From Planctomycetota bacterium (lineage in GTDB: Bacteria > Planctomycetota > B15-G4 > JADJEK01): 64,000 nucleotides of DNA. Under the pieces are notes generated by a model. That model worked only from the letters and a program-made list of their open reading frames with translations. It did not search any database and was not told where the DNA came from. The stretch is from positions 1-64,000 of the forward strand of contig JBGAIQ010000009.1 of the NCBI GenBank assembly GCA_044225365.1, in the 5' to 3' direction. Shown one piece after another: positions 40,315 through 49,947 of this stretch. The position numbers and the translations under genes were made by a program. Numbering within the stretch: position 1 is the first letter of the stretch; the number at the start of each line of letters is the position of its first letter.

Positions 40315-41106
40315 TCATCTCTTTCCGTCGAAGCAAAGCGCGAGCACTTCGCGGAGGGCGGAATTGCACTGCGCTTTCGACCATCCATCGCTCGGCGCCG
40401 GCAAGTTCCGCTCGATGCGAGTGATCTCCTCGTCGAGGTAGTCATCCAATTCGGGAATGCGTGCGACGACATCCGTTTCGAGAGATCGACTCTTCAGCGC
40501 GACGAGATGATCGATGATCGTTCGGATGCGCCCGGCGGGTACGAGCGTGTCGACGAGCTCCTGGAACTCCATCGGCGGCGAGATCCCCTTTTCCAATACG
40601 AAGCGCGCCGCGAGAAGCGGACGCAGTGCGTAGAGATAACGCTTGAACCGCACGTCCGAGTCGCCCGCGCCCCGCCGCTGGTGCTGCCGCATCATCGATC
40701 GATAGTGATGGCACGAGGCCAGGGGAATGAAAGCCGTATCGGAGAGGCGACGCAGGTACGCGGCGGCGGCGGAATGCTCTCGATATACGATCCTCGATCG
40801 CAGCCATTCCAAGAGCGCGGGGTTGCTCTTGCGGAGCAGTCCGAGAGCCTTCTTCACGTCCCAGCCGTTGACGTCCAGCACTCCCGAGATCGGCCGCTCG
40901 ATCACATCGCGCGGCTCGAACACCGCGATGTAATCGGTCGGTGGCCGGGCGTAGACGAAGCGCACGTCGAAATCGCTATCTGGTGACGGAAATCCCCAGG
41001 CGCGGCTTCCCGACTCCACCGCGAGGAGGATGAGGACGCCTTCGTCGCGCTCGATGCGGGCGAGCTCATCCAGGATTTGTGGGCGCAGCGAATCCGGAGC
41101 GAGCAT
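40315..41106 (-). CDS. Pol-beta superfamily nucleotidyltransferase (YcgL/RlaP, PF10127-like)
   Basis: ESGSRAWGFPSPDSDFDVR, KSNPALLEWL, KRYLYALRP. Confidence 0.92.
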   Translation of the reverse strand: MLAPDSLRPQILDELARIERDEGVLILLAVESGSRAWGFPSPDSDFDVRFVYARPPTDYIAVFEPRDVIERPISGVLDVNGWDVKKALGLLRKSNPALLEWLRSRIVYREHSAAAAYLRRLSDTAFIPLASCHHYRSMMRQHQRRGAGDSDVRFKRYLYALRPLLAARFVLEKGISPPMEFQELVDTLVPAGRIRTIIDHLVALKSRSLETDVVARIPELDDYLDEEITRIERNLPAPSDGWSKAQCNSALREVLALCFDGKR

Positions 41107-42510
41107 TCAGACCGCCGGCTCCTTGCGTCCGCGCCCGGCACTCTTGGTCCACGCCAGATACGCGGGGATGCCGAGGGCGACGATCCCCACACCGATCAAC
41201 GAGTCGCGCGGGCTCGTTACCAAAGCGTTGACGACGAACGCGAGCGAGGTCAATACGAAGAGAAGGGGTACCCAGGGATAACCGAACACGCGATACGGCC
41301 GCGGCGCATCGGGACGCGTGCGACGCAGACGGAACAAGGCGATACCCGTAGCCGCATGGAAGACGAAGAGAACGAAGACCACGTAGCCGAGGAGTTGTTC
41401 GTAACTACCCACTAACGTGAGGATCACGCTCCAAATCCCTTGCGCGATCAGGCTCGCCGTCGGGACCTTGCGCGTCGGGTGGATCCGGTCGAGCGAACGG
41501 AAGAAGACTCCGTCCTGGGCCATAGGTAGGTAGATCCGCGACGCGGTCAGGATTCCGGACGACAGACAACCGAACAGCACCACGATCACGGCGAGCGCCA
41601 TCCAGCGGCCTCCCGCTGCTCCGAGCAGTGCGGCGACCGCCGACTCGCCGATCCGCGGGCTCGCCCCGAGCGTGGCCAGCGGAAGCGCGCGCAGGTACGT
41701 CCAATTGATGAGGGAATAGAGCAGGGTCATCACGATGACGCCGCCAACGAGACCCCGCGGAATGTTGCGAGCCGGATCGCGAATCTCGCCGGCCACGAAC
41801 GTCGCTTGGTACCACCCGTCGTACGCTCCGAAGACACCGATCAACGCCACGCCGATTCCAGCGGCGAGGCCCCCGGTGGGTAGCGGGGCAAGCCAGTCGA
41901 TCGAGGTGCCGGCGGGCGCGGCGAGACCCGCCCCACAGAGAAGCACGACCAGCACTGCCTTCACGACGGTGAGCGCATTCTGAATGCCCGCCCCTTCCTT
42001 GAGTCCCAAGTAATTGATCGCGGTCAAAACGACGATCGCGATGGCCCCGACGAGTTGGACCGCGTTCAGGTCCCAATTCCACGGCCCGATGGGAAGATGA
42101 ACGATCACGTGCTCGGTCGACACCCACGGGAGGAATGCGCCCAAGTACTCGCCGAATGCGACCGCGACGAACGCGTTGCCCGCCGACTGGGCAACGAGGA
42201 ACGACGCCCAACCGAACATGAAGCCCGAGAAGGGACCGAACGCTTCCTTGAGGAAGTGATACTGACCTCCCGCCCGAGGGAACATCGCACCGAGCTCGGC
42301 ATACGTGAGCGACCCCGCGATCGTCAGGACCCCGCCGACGATCCACGCCGCCAGCACGAGGCTCGCATGCGGGAGGGCGCGTGGCACCAACGCGGTGCCG
42401 ATGAAGATCGACGAGCCGAGCATGGTGCCGATCGTGATGAGCGCGGTATCCCAGGCACCCAGCCCCCGAACGAGCCCCGAGGAACCATCTGAAGCGTCCG
42501 TTTGGGTCAT
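41107..42510 (-). CDS. APC family amino acid permease
   Basis: GSSIF, YAELG..PRAGGQY, AYDGW, RPYRVFGYPW. Confidence 0.93.
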   Translation of the reverse strand: MTQTDASDGSSGLVRGLGAWDTALITIGTMLGSSIFIGTALVPRALPHASLVLAAWIVGGVLTIAGSLTYAELGAMFPRAGGQYHFLKEAFGPFSGFMFGWASFLVAQSAGNAFVAVAFGEYLGAFLPWVSTEHVIVHLPIGPWNWDLNAVQLVGAIAIVVLTAINYLGLKEGAGIQNALTVVKAVLVVLLCGAGLAAPAGTSIDWLAPLPTGGLAAGIGVALIGVFGAYDGWYQATFVAGEIRDPARNIPRGLVGGVIVMTLLYSLINWTYLRALPLATLGASPRIGESAVAALLGAAGGRWMALAVIVVLFGCLSSGILTASRIYLPMAQDGVFFRSLDRIHPTRKVPTASLIAQGIWSVILTLVGSYEQLLGYVVFVLFVFHAATGIALFRLRRTRPDAPRPYRVFGYPWVPLLFVLTSLAFVVNALVTSPRDSLIGVGIVALGIPAYLAWTKSAGRGRKEPAV

Positions 42511-42657
42511 GTCGCTCGTTTCGCGTACGTGCGTGATCGGAGATCGCGATTCACTCGGACTCGACGCCCCGAATCGTCGAATCGTCGAAGCGTCGAAGCG
42601 ATCCGACGAACTTTGGGCCGTCACGATACAAAGGCGGTCGATGGAACGCCGCCGCAT

Positions 42658-43011
42658 TCAGGACCGCAGGATCTTCTCCATCGCCTTCCCCTTCGCGAGT
42701 TCATCGACGAGCTTGTCGAGATAACGAATCTCCCGCATCAGGGGGTCCTCGACGTCCTCGACTCGGATTCCACAGACCACGCCCTGGATCGATTTGCGTG
42801 CGGGGTTCATCTTGGGAGCGTCTTTGAAGAAGTTCTCGAAGTCCGTCTTCTTCTTCAACTGAGCCTCGAACCCGCGCTGCGTGTAGCCGGTGAGCCAGCG
42901 AATGATGGTGTCCACCTCCGCCTTGGTACGCCCCTTCTTCTCCGCCTTCGCGAGATAATGCGGATACACGCTCGCGAAGCTCGTCGTGAAGATGCGGTGC
43001 TTGGTGGTCAT
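42658..43011 (-). CDS. DUF2200 family protein
   Basis: [30 protein letters not shown]. Confidence 0.93.
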   Translation of the reverse strand: MTTKHRIFTTSFASVYPHYLAKAEKKGRTKAEVDTIIRWLTGYTQRGFEAQLKKKTDFENFFKDAPKMNPARKSIQGVVCGIRVEDVEDPLMREIRYLDKLVDELAKGKAMEKILRS

Positions 43012-43142
43012 GAGAGTGGGTATCGTGGCGCCGTGGAAAGGTGAGCCGGACGCGATGTCCGGCATCGCGAGGGAATGCTCCTCGCGCGAATGGGAGTGTA
43101 GGGGATCGATTCGCGTCCGGAAACGCCCCGGCCGGCGCGTCG

Positions 43143-43511
43143 TCAGGGAGGCCGCGATTCGCCCCGCAGCGCGAGGATCCGCGGTTCGAGCTTCCGCCAC
43201 CACGTCGTGGTGTAGCGTCGAGACAGCCATGGCCTCCGCTTCCCGAATCGGTGTTTCTCCAGGATCCTGTTCTTCAACCATCCGGCATCGATTCCGCGCC
43301 ACTCCCCGGCGACGGAGAGAAGGTTGAACCTGCAAGCCGGCAGGACCTCGTTGAAAAGGATCGCCTCGATCTCGTCCAGCCCGTACGGCGAGCGGGCACA
43401 CACTTCGGCGATCTCGTCGAGGAAGTCGTGGGGATCCGTGTCCATGAAGAGCATCTGCAGTTGCCCCCAGACCGGCATCCGACGTTCGACGTCTTGTTCG
43501 GGTCGGATCAT
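43143..43511 (-). CDS. hypothetical protein (DUF7079-like)
   Basis: RMPVW..LFMDT, EVLPAC..NL..VAGEW. Confidence 0.75.
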   Translation of the reverse strand: MIRPEQDVERRMPVWGQLQMLFMDTDPHDFLDEIAEVCARSPYGLDEIEAILFNEVLPACRFNLLSVAGEWRGIDAGWLKNRILEKHRFGKRRPWLSRRYTTTWWRKLEPRILALRGESRPP

Positions 43512-43630
43512 CGTGAATCCTCGCATTCGTCCGCGAATCCGAATCGTAGCGCTTCGATTCCATCGCGCGCACAATCCGGCCCCGAGTGCCGCATGAGGGC
43601 TGTTAGCATGGCGAACCGACGACCTCCGCG

Positions 43631-46600
43631 ATGGATCGGCCTCGCATGAGCACTGCCGGAAGCCCTCTCCACGCTCGCTGGGTGCAAGGATCGATTGCAT
43701 CCTTGATGCTCCTCGTGGCGACGGGGGCGATGTGGTGCTTCCGTACCCAGGGTTCGCCGAGCCGCGCAGCAGACGTCCGATCGCGCTCGTCCGAATGGCC
43801 CTCGCCCCGGTCATCCGTCATCGTGGAACGACTCACTCCGGGGGGCAAGGCGGAGGCTGCGGGCCTGAGAGTCGGCGATCGCATCCTGACCTGCCGAAGC
43901 AAACCGCTGGATTCTCCGGCAATGCTTCAGAGCGAGCTCGACAACTCCGCCGGCGAGGACGAGATCGACCTCCGGTTCGAGCGGGATGGTGCGGAGTCGA
44001 GTCTGCGCGCGCCGCGAACGGGACTCGGAATCGAGGTACGGCCCGCTCTCCCGGACGAATCGCTCGACCACTACGAAGAGGGACTGCGAGCCCGGATCGC
44101 CGGCGATGCAGTCGCAGCAACGACAGCATGGACCGTCGCCGCCCTTTCCGCCGCGCGCGACGGAAACGGAACTGCCGCAGCATGGCTCCATACACGGGTG
44201 GCGCAGATCCACGAATCGAAACAGCGGTGGGACGAAGCGAGCAAGGAGTATCGTTCCGCCATCGAGATCTGGAAGCCGGGAACGGACGACGCGAGTCGGT
44301 CGCGCACCCTGGTCTCACTCGCGCGGTGCAATCAGCAGCTCGCCGACGCCGATGCCGCGCGAAGACTGCTGGACGAAGCGAGACGTCTCGACGCGAGCGC
44401 CGATCGAAAGATCTGGGAAGGTCTCGACCTTCATTCACTCGGGATGCTGACGTGGGCCCTCGGCGACTTCGAATCGGCACGTCGCTACTTCGGCGATGCG
44501 GTCACCCTTCGCGAGCAATGGATGCCCGGTTCACTCCAACTCGGCGAGAGTCTGAACGGCATGGGCGCCGTCGCTTATCAGGAAGGAGATCTCGACAAGG
44601 CCGAGGATTATTATCGCAGGTCGCTCCGCGTCAGCGAATCGAAGCTGCCGGATTCGCTCGCAGTGGCCGACGGACTCAACAATTTGGGTGTCGTCGCGAT
44701 CGCGCGTGGGGATCTCGACGCCGCTTTCGAGTTCAACTCGCGCAGCCTCGACATCCGCGAACGCCTCGCGCCCGATTCAGAAGCGCTGACGGCCGCACTC
44801 ACCAACACCGGGATCGTCGAGTACAAGCGCGGTCACCTCGACACTGCGCAGGATTACTACACTCGAAGTCTAGCGATCCATGAGCGTCTTGGGCCCGACT
44901 CGATGTTCGTGGCTCGCGACCTGATCAATCTCGGTGTGATCTCCTATGAGCGAGGAGATCTCGATGCAGCGGAAGACCATTACTCGCGAAGTCTCACGAT
45001 CCTGGAACGCCTGGCGCCCGAATCTCCGGATTGCATGACGAGCGTCTACAACCTCGGGATGGTGGCGTCCGAGCGCGGCGACTGGGATGTGGCGCAACGC
45101 AACCTCAGTCGCGCCCTCGCCTATCGCGAGAAGACCGCCCCCGATTCTCTTCCGGTCGCCGAGACGCACAATGCCCTCGGCAACCTCGCATTCGCTCGAT
45201 CGGATCTCGAAACCGCGGAGATGCACTATCTTCGCGCGCTGGAGACCGAGGAACGCCTCACTCCCGGCTCCCTGCTGGTGTCGATCAGCCTCCACAATCT
45301 CGGAGGCGTCGCATCGCGGCGGGATCACATCGATGCGGCCAAAGGTTACTACGAGCGAGCCCTCGCGATCCGAGAACGCATGGCTCCGGAATCGCTCGAT
45401 CTGGCGAGCAGTCTGCATGGGCTCGCAGACATCGCGATCCGTCAGCACCGCCCCAAGGATGCCCTGCCGCTGTTGAAGCGAGCGCTCGAAACGATCGAAT
45501 CGCAACGCGATCACATCCACGGCAGCCAATCTCGAGCGCTCCTTCTCGCGCGATATTCCGAACCCTACGTCACGTTACAACGCGCGTACCTGGCCCTCGG
45601 CGATCTCCCTTCCGCTTTCGATACGATCGAAAGAGCGCGGGCGCGCAGTCTCCTGGAGGGACTTGGTGAAGCACGCGCCGAGATCCGCGAGGGAGTCGAG
45701 CCGTCCTTGCTGGAGCGCGAGCGAGCGCTGCGGGAGCAACTGAGCACGACCGACCTCGAACGACAGTCGCCGGCGAGCGACGATGCGTCCCGCGCGAGAG
45801 CTGCGGCCGCCGAGAAGAAAATGAACGAACTCCTCGTGGAATTCGAGGAGATCCAGGGTCGGATCCGCCGCGCGAGTCCCCGCTATGCAGCTCTGACTCA
45901 GCCGCAACCGTTGAGCCTCGGCGAAATCCAACACGAAGTGCTCGACGAGAACACGCTGCTCCTCGAGTACGCGCTCGGGCCCGATCGCAGCGTCCTCTGG
46001 TGCGTCTCGACGGAAGGGATCCATGCGTACGATCTGCCCGGCCAGGACGAAGTGGACCGCGCCGCGAGGCACGTCCACGAGCTTCTGACGGCTCGCAATC
46101 GGGGACCGAAGGGCGAGACGGTCGCACAAGCCGAGAAGCGGATCGAACAGGCGGACCGGGAGGTTTCGACCGCGGCATCGGCGCTCAGCGAGATGTTGCT
46201 CGGTCCCGTATCCCAGAAGATCGGCACGAAACGTCTCCTGATCGTCGCCGACGGAGCCCTGCAATACGTTCCGTTCGGCGCGTTGCCGGCTCCCTCCGCC
46301 GACGCCGACCCCCACCCCCAGGCCCATCCGTTGATCGTCGACCACGAAGTGATCAGCCTTCCGTCGGCGTCGGTGCTCGGCGTCCTCCGTCGCGAGATCG
46401 CGGGGCGCGAGCGAGCGAAGAAGAGCGTCGCGGTCCTCGCGGATCCGGTGCTCACGCCGAGCGATCCGCGCGTGAAGAACCGTAGCGCGGCGCCTTCGAG
46501 TGCGGACCGTGCTTCGTCCACCCACGCTGGGGGCGACGGCGGGAGCGACAAGCACTCGAAGAGAGGCGTGGCGCGGATCGAGCCCTCGTCGATGCAGCGC

Positions 46601-47161
46601 TTGCGCTTCAGTCGTCTCGAGGCCGAGAGCATCCTCGCCCTCGGCGGCGATCAGGGTCTTTCCGCTCTCGATTTCGCGGCAAACAAACGCACCGCACTCG
46701 GTCCGGAGCTGAACCAATATCGAATCGTCCACCTCGCGACCCACGGACTACTCGACAGTCAACATCCCGAACTATCCGGCATCGTGCTGTCCCTGGTCGA
46801 CGAGGAGGGCAGACCGCAGGACGGATTCCTCCGACTCCATGAGATCTACAACCTTCGATTGAATGCGGATCTCGTCGTGCTGAGTGCATGCCAGACCGCG
46901 CTCGGCCGTGAAGTGCGCGGCGAGGGTCTCGTGGGCCTCACCCGCGGGTTCATGTATGCCGGCGCGGCGCGCGTGATCGCCAGCCTATGGAGCGTGCAGG
47001 ACAAGGCGACTGCGGAACTGATGACGGGATTCTACGAAGCGATGCTCCACGACGGCCAAACGCCGGCGGCGGCTCTGCGAACCGCTCAGGTCGCGATGTG
47101 GAAGCAGGGCCGCGTTCCTTACTATTGGGCCGCCTTCGTGCTGCAGGGCGAATTCAAGTGA
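43631..47161 (+). CDS. PDZ + TPR + CHAT (caspase-HetF) domain protein
   Basis: AAGLRVGDRI; ~42-aa TPR repeats; VHLATHG and VVLSACQT dyad; PYYWAAF. Confidence 0.93.
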   Translation: MDRPRMSTAGSPLHARWVQGSIASLMLLVATGAMWCFRTQGSPSRAADVRSRSSEWPSPRSSVIVERLTPGGKAEAAGLRVGDRILTCRSKPLDSPAMLQSELDNSAGEDEIDLRFERDGAESSLRAPRTGLGIEVRPALPDESLDHYEEGLRARIAGDAVAATTAWTVAALSAARDGNGTAAAWLHTRVAQIHESKQRWDEASKEYRSAIEIWKPGTDDASRSRTLVSLARCNQQLADADAARRLLDEARRLDASADRKIWEGLDLHSLGMLTWALGDFESARRYFGDAVTLREQWMPGSLQLGESLNGMGAVAYQEGDLDKAEDYYRRSLRVSESKLPDSLAVADGLNNLGVVAIARGDLDAAFEFNSRSLDIRERLAPDSEALTAALTNTGIVEYKRGHLDTAQDYYTRSLAIHERLGPDSMFVARDLINLGVISYERGDLDAAEDHYSRSLTILERLAPESPDCMTSVYNLGMVASERGDWDVAQRNLSRALAYREKTAPDSLPVAETHNALGNLAFARSDLETAEMHYLRALETEERLTPGSLLVSISLHNLGGVASRRDHIDAAKGYYERALAIRERMAPESLDLASSLHGLADIAIRQHRPKDALPLLKRALETIESQRDHIHGSQSRALLLARYSEPYVTLQRAYLALGDLPSAFDTIERARARSLLEGLGEARAEIREGVEPSLLERERALREQLSTTDLERQSPASDDASRARAAAAEKKMNELLVEFEEIQGRIRRASPRYAALTQPQPLSLGEIQHEVLDENTLLLEYALGPDRSVLWCVSTEGIHAYDLPGQDEVDRAARHVHELLTARNRGPKGETVAQAEKRIEQADREVSTAASALSEMLLGPVSQKIGTKRLLIVADGALQYVPFGALPAPSADADPHPQAHPLIVDHEVISLPSASVLGVLRREIAGRERAKKSVAVLADPVLTPSDPRVKNRSAAPSSADRASSTHAGGDGGSDKHSKRGVARIEPSSMQRLRFSRLEAESILALGGDQGLSALDFAANKRTALGPELNQYRIVHLATHGLLDSQHPELSGIVLSLVDEEGRPQDGFLRLHEIYNLRLNADLVVLSACQTALGREVRGEGLVGLTRGFMYAGAARVIASLWSVQDKATAELMTGFYEAMLHDGQTPAAALRTAQVAMWKQGRVPYYWAAFVLQGEFK

Positions 47162-47202
47162 ACCCCGCGACCGATCAGGACGCGTCGCACCGCACCTCGA
47201 GC

Positions 47203-47916
47203 CTACGAGGTTCCGCCGGGGCCCGACTCCCCACGTAGCAGCGCTCGGATCCCCTCACTCTTCGCCAACTGGCTCACTCGCTTGCCTCGCTCGTCCTCGT
47301 CGTCCGGACTCGCACCGCGCTCTAGCAGCACCTGGATGATCCTCGCCTGCTGTTCGCGGGCATGCTCGCTACCGCTGCCGCCGCGTCCCGTCGTCTGGAC
47401 TGCGAGGTGCAGGGGAGTCGAACCGGACCCGTTCCGAATCATCGGTTCGGCTCCGCCCTTCAACAGCGCGACCACCGCCGGCATGGAACGGGTCCTCACG
47501 GCTCGATGGATGGGAGCGACGCCGTCTTGGTCGAGCGAATTCGGATCGGCGCCGATCGACAAGAGGTATTCGATCGTCTCCACCTGCGCCGCCGGTTCCC
47601 AGTGATTCGTATCGGCGGCGTAATGAAGAGGCTCGGCGCCCCGACGATTCTTCGCTCGACACTTCGCGCCGTGCTCCACGAGGAGTCGGCAGACGGGGCG
47701 CAAGAACGCGGCGGCCGCCCAATGCAGGGGAGTGTCGCCCTCGTAAACGTAGTGCGCGATCTCACGGAGGAAGTACGTCGGTGCATCCTTCCGCGACGCG
47801 CCGATCGTTGCGGGCGCCCTGGCGAGCGTCGTGTCCGCGGACAGTCGACGGGATAGGGCTTCGAGGTCCCCGCTCACGATGAGGCGGGCGAAGTCCATGA
47901 CATCCGGTTTCGCCAT
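47203..47916 (-). CDS. ankyrin repeat protein
   Basis: GDTPLH, GAEPLH, GVAPIH, GSTPLH. Confidence 0.92.
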   Translation of the reverse strand: MAKPDVMDFARLIVSGDLEALSRRLSADTTLARAPATIGASRKDAPTYFLREIAHYVYEGDTPLHWAAAAFLRPVCRLLVEHGAKCRAKNRRGAEPLHYAADTNHWEPAAQVETIEYLLSIGADPNSLDQDGVAPIHRAVRTRSMPAVVALLKGGAEPMIRNGSGSTPLHLAVQTTGRGGSGSEHAREQQARIIQVLLERGASPDDEDERGKRVSQLAKSEGIRALLRGESGPGGTS

Positions 47917-47933
47917 TCGAAATGCCTTTTCTT

Positions 47934-48103
47934 CCTAAATAAGAGTCCACGATTATCTTAGGTACCGAGGCCGAGCGAGAAGTGCGCAGGCGAGGAGGAT
48001 CGACGAGGCGACTCAGGAAGAAGAGTCGGCGAGGAGATCCGACGATGCATGCGCGCTTCGCAGCCGGCCGCAGGCCTAATAGAATTGTGGACTCTTATTT
48101 AGG
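47934..48103. mobile_element. 170-bp MITE/REP-like element bounded by AT-rich 29-bp inverted repeats
   Basis: CCTAAATAAGAGTCCAC at 47934 and its exact reverse complement ending at 48103. Confidence 0.6.
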
Positions 48104-48111
48104 TCCGCCAA

Positions 48112-48486
48112 TTAATACTGATGGAACGCGCGAAGGAAGTTGCCATCCGGGTCCGTCGCGATGAACTCGTGAAGGCGGATTCCCTCCTTCGATTCGGGAG
48201 GATGGAGAATGCTCGCACCCCGGCGCGACCATCGATCGTGCAAGTCGTCGACGTCTGCGTTGCTCTCCAGGTTCAGCCAGATGACCACGGGCGGTCGAGT
48301 CCGGAAGTAGTCACGGATCTCGTCACTGGTGAGGAACAGTCGACTTCGTCCCTGAGAGATGCCCGCGATCCCGCCGCCCCCGCGTCCCCAGTCGACGTGG
48401 AATCCCAATTTCTCTTCATAATAATCGAGGGCCCGAGTCAGGTCGGTGACCGGGATCTCCGGCACGGCGCTGGGGAATTCGTTCAC
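48112..48486 (-). CDS. VOC/bleomycin-resistance family protein
   Basis: AVPEIPVTD..YYEEKLGF, EF..TDPDGN; start uncertain. Confidence 0.88.
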   Translation of the reverse strand: MNEFPSAVPEIPVTDLTRALDYYEEKLGFHVDWGRGGGGIAGISQGRSRLFLTSDEIRDYFRTRPPVVIWLNLESNADVDDLHDRWSRRGASILHPPESKEGIRLHEFIATDPDGNFLRAFHQY

Positions 48487-48799
48487 GATTCGGGTCTCCG
48501 AGACGATACCCCGATGGACGACGTCGGAGCGAGTGCACGACCCAGTGGGCGGTGGGCCGACGCTTTCGCAGGGCCCTGTGGACCGCAACGCCGAGCATCG
48601 GATGCGAAGAGTCGATTCTATCGGGGGAAATCCCTATGGACGAGAGAGTTCGATCGCCGGCGAGCATAACCGCGGCGAGTGCGGGCTTCAATCCGAACTC
48701 TCATGGTGGAGCCGCAACCGTCGGGCGACGCAAGCGAACGGACCTTCCGACGCAAGGGCGACCCTTGAACTCCGACCCCCGAAAGATTTTCGAAGTTCG

Positions 48800-48826
48800 T
48801 GTCGATTCCACGGCCGGTGATGGGTC
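48800..48826 (+). promoter_or_regulatory. putative ECF42-type promoter TGTCGA-N17-GGTC
   Basis: Upstream of the DUF1579-yciI-sigma operon; resembles TGTCGA..CGWC. Confidence 0.5.
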
Positions 48827-48883
48827 GTGCGGATAACTTTCGCGGCGGTCCCCATCGCCGCAGTATCCCCCTTCGAGGTGACC

Positions 48884-49453
48884 ATGCTCCTGCGAACACT
48901 CCCATGGCTGTCGGCATTCCTTCTCGCGATCGCCCCGCTTCCCGCCCAAGAGATGCCGAAACCCCAGGCCGAGCACAGGAAGCTCGCCGAATCGGTCGGA
49001 ACCTGGGACGCGACCATCGAAAGCGTCGGCCTCGACGGCAAACCGCACGCTTCGAAAGGGGTCAGCGTCCGCAGACTGGGTCCTGGCGGCTTCTGGGTCC
49101 TCGACGACTTCGAGGGCGAGATGAACGGCGTCCAGTTCACCAGCCATGGCACGCTCGGATACGACCCTCAGAAGAAGGCCTATGTCCAGTCGTGGGTGTC
49201 GATGTCGCCGATGCTGATGGTGTTCAGCGGTGCGTTCGACGACGCCGGCAAGGTCCTCACGATGTCCGGGGACGGCCCCGGCCTGAACGGCGCGACGCTG
49301 CCGATGAAGAACGTCACGACGTGGACGAGCGCCGACTCGATGACGCTCGAGGTCTTCATCGTCCTGCCCGGCGGCCGCGAAATCAGGAACATGACCATTC
49401 ATTACACGCGGCGCGCCGACGAGAAGACCGCGCCCTCCGGCAACAAGAATTGA
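48884..49453 (+). CDS. DUF1579 family exported protein
   Basis: Signal peptide; HRKLA..VGTW, LGYDP.KK.Y..SW. Confidence 0.87.
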   Translation: MLLRTLPWLSAFLLAIAPLPAQEMPKPQAEHRKLAESVGTWDATIESVGLDGKPHASKGVSVRRLGPGGFWVLDDFEGEMNGVQFTSHGTLGYDPQKKAYVQSWVSMSPMLMVFSGAFDDAGKVLTMSGDGPGLNGATLPMKNVTTWTSADSMTLEVFIVLPGGREIRNMTIHYTRRADEKTAPSGNKN

Positions 49454-49494
49454 GATCACGGTCGACCCTCCACCCATCGAAGGAATTGAACGAC

Positions 49495-49929
49495 ATGAGA
49501 TTCATCGTTTTCGGACATGGCAACAAGGACACCGAGGCCGGTGTGGTCCCGAGCACCGAGGAATTCGCCAAGATGGGCAAGTTCGTCGAAGAACTCGTGA
49601 AGGCCGGCGTGTTCGTGGCCGGAGAGGGGCTTCAACCGTCCTCGAAGGGCGCGCGCATCACATTCGAAGGTGGCGGAAAGGTATCGATCAAGAACGGCCC
49701 GTTCACCGAATCGAAGGAGCTCATCGCGGGATTCTCCATCATCCAAGTGAAGTCGCTCGCGGACGCGATCGCCTGGATGAGCCGTACGCCGGCTCCCGAA
49801 GGCTCGTCGCTCGAGATCCGGCAACTCTTCTCCGATGAGGACTTCGCGTCGGCCGATCCGACGGGCGAACTCCGCGAGAAGGACGCGAAGCTCCGCGCGG
49901 AAGCCGATCAGCAACACCGCAAGAGTTGA
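49495..49929 (+). CDS. YciI/DGPF family protein
   Basis: GEGLQPSSKG, NGPFTESKELIAGF; AAGGA RBS. Confidence 0.93.
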   Translation: MRFIVFGHGNKDTEAGVVPSTEEFAKMGKFVEELVKAGVFVAGEGLQPSSKGARITFEGGGKVSIKNGPFTESKELIAGFSIIQVKSLADAIAWMSRTPAPEGSSLEIRQLFSDEDFASADPTGELREKDAKLRAEADQQHRKS

Positions 49930-49947
49930 CGCGGCACGGTTTCGCGC

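Noticed and set aside
48700-48770. Two GACGCAAG motifs suggesting a c-di-GMP riboswitch
   Set aside because: Lacks the GGCAAAC/GAAA P2 architecture; needs an Rfam scan
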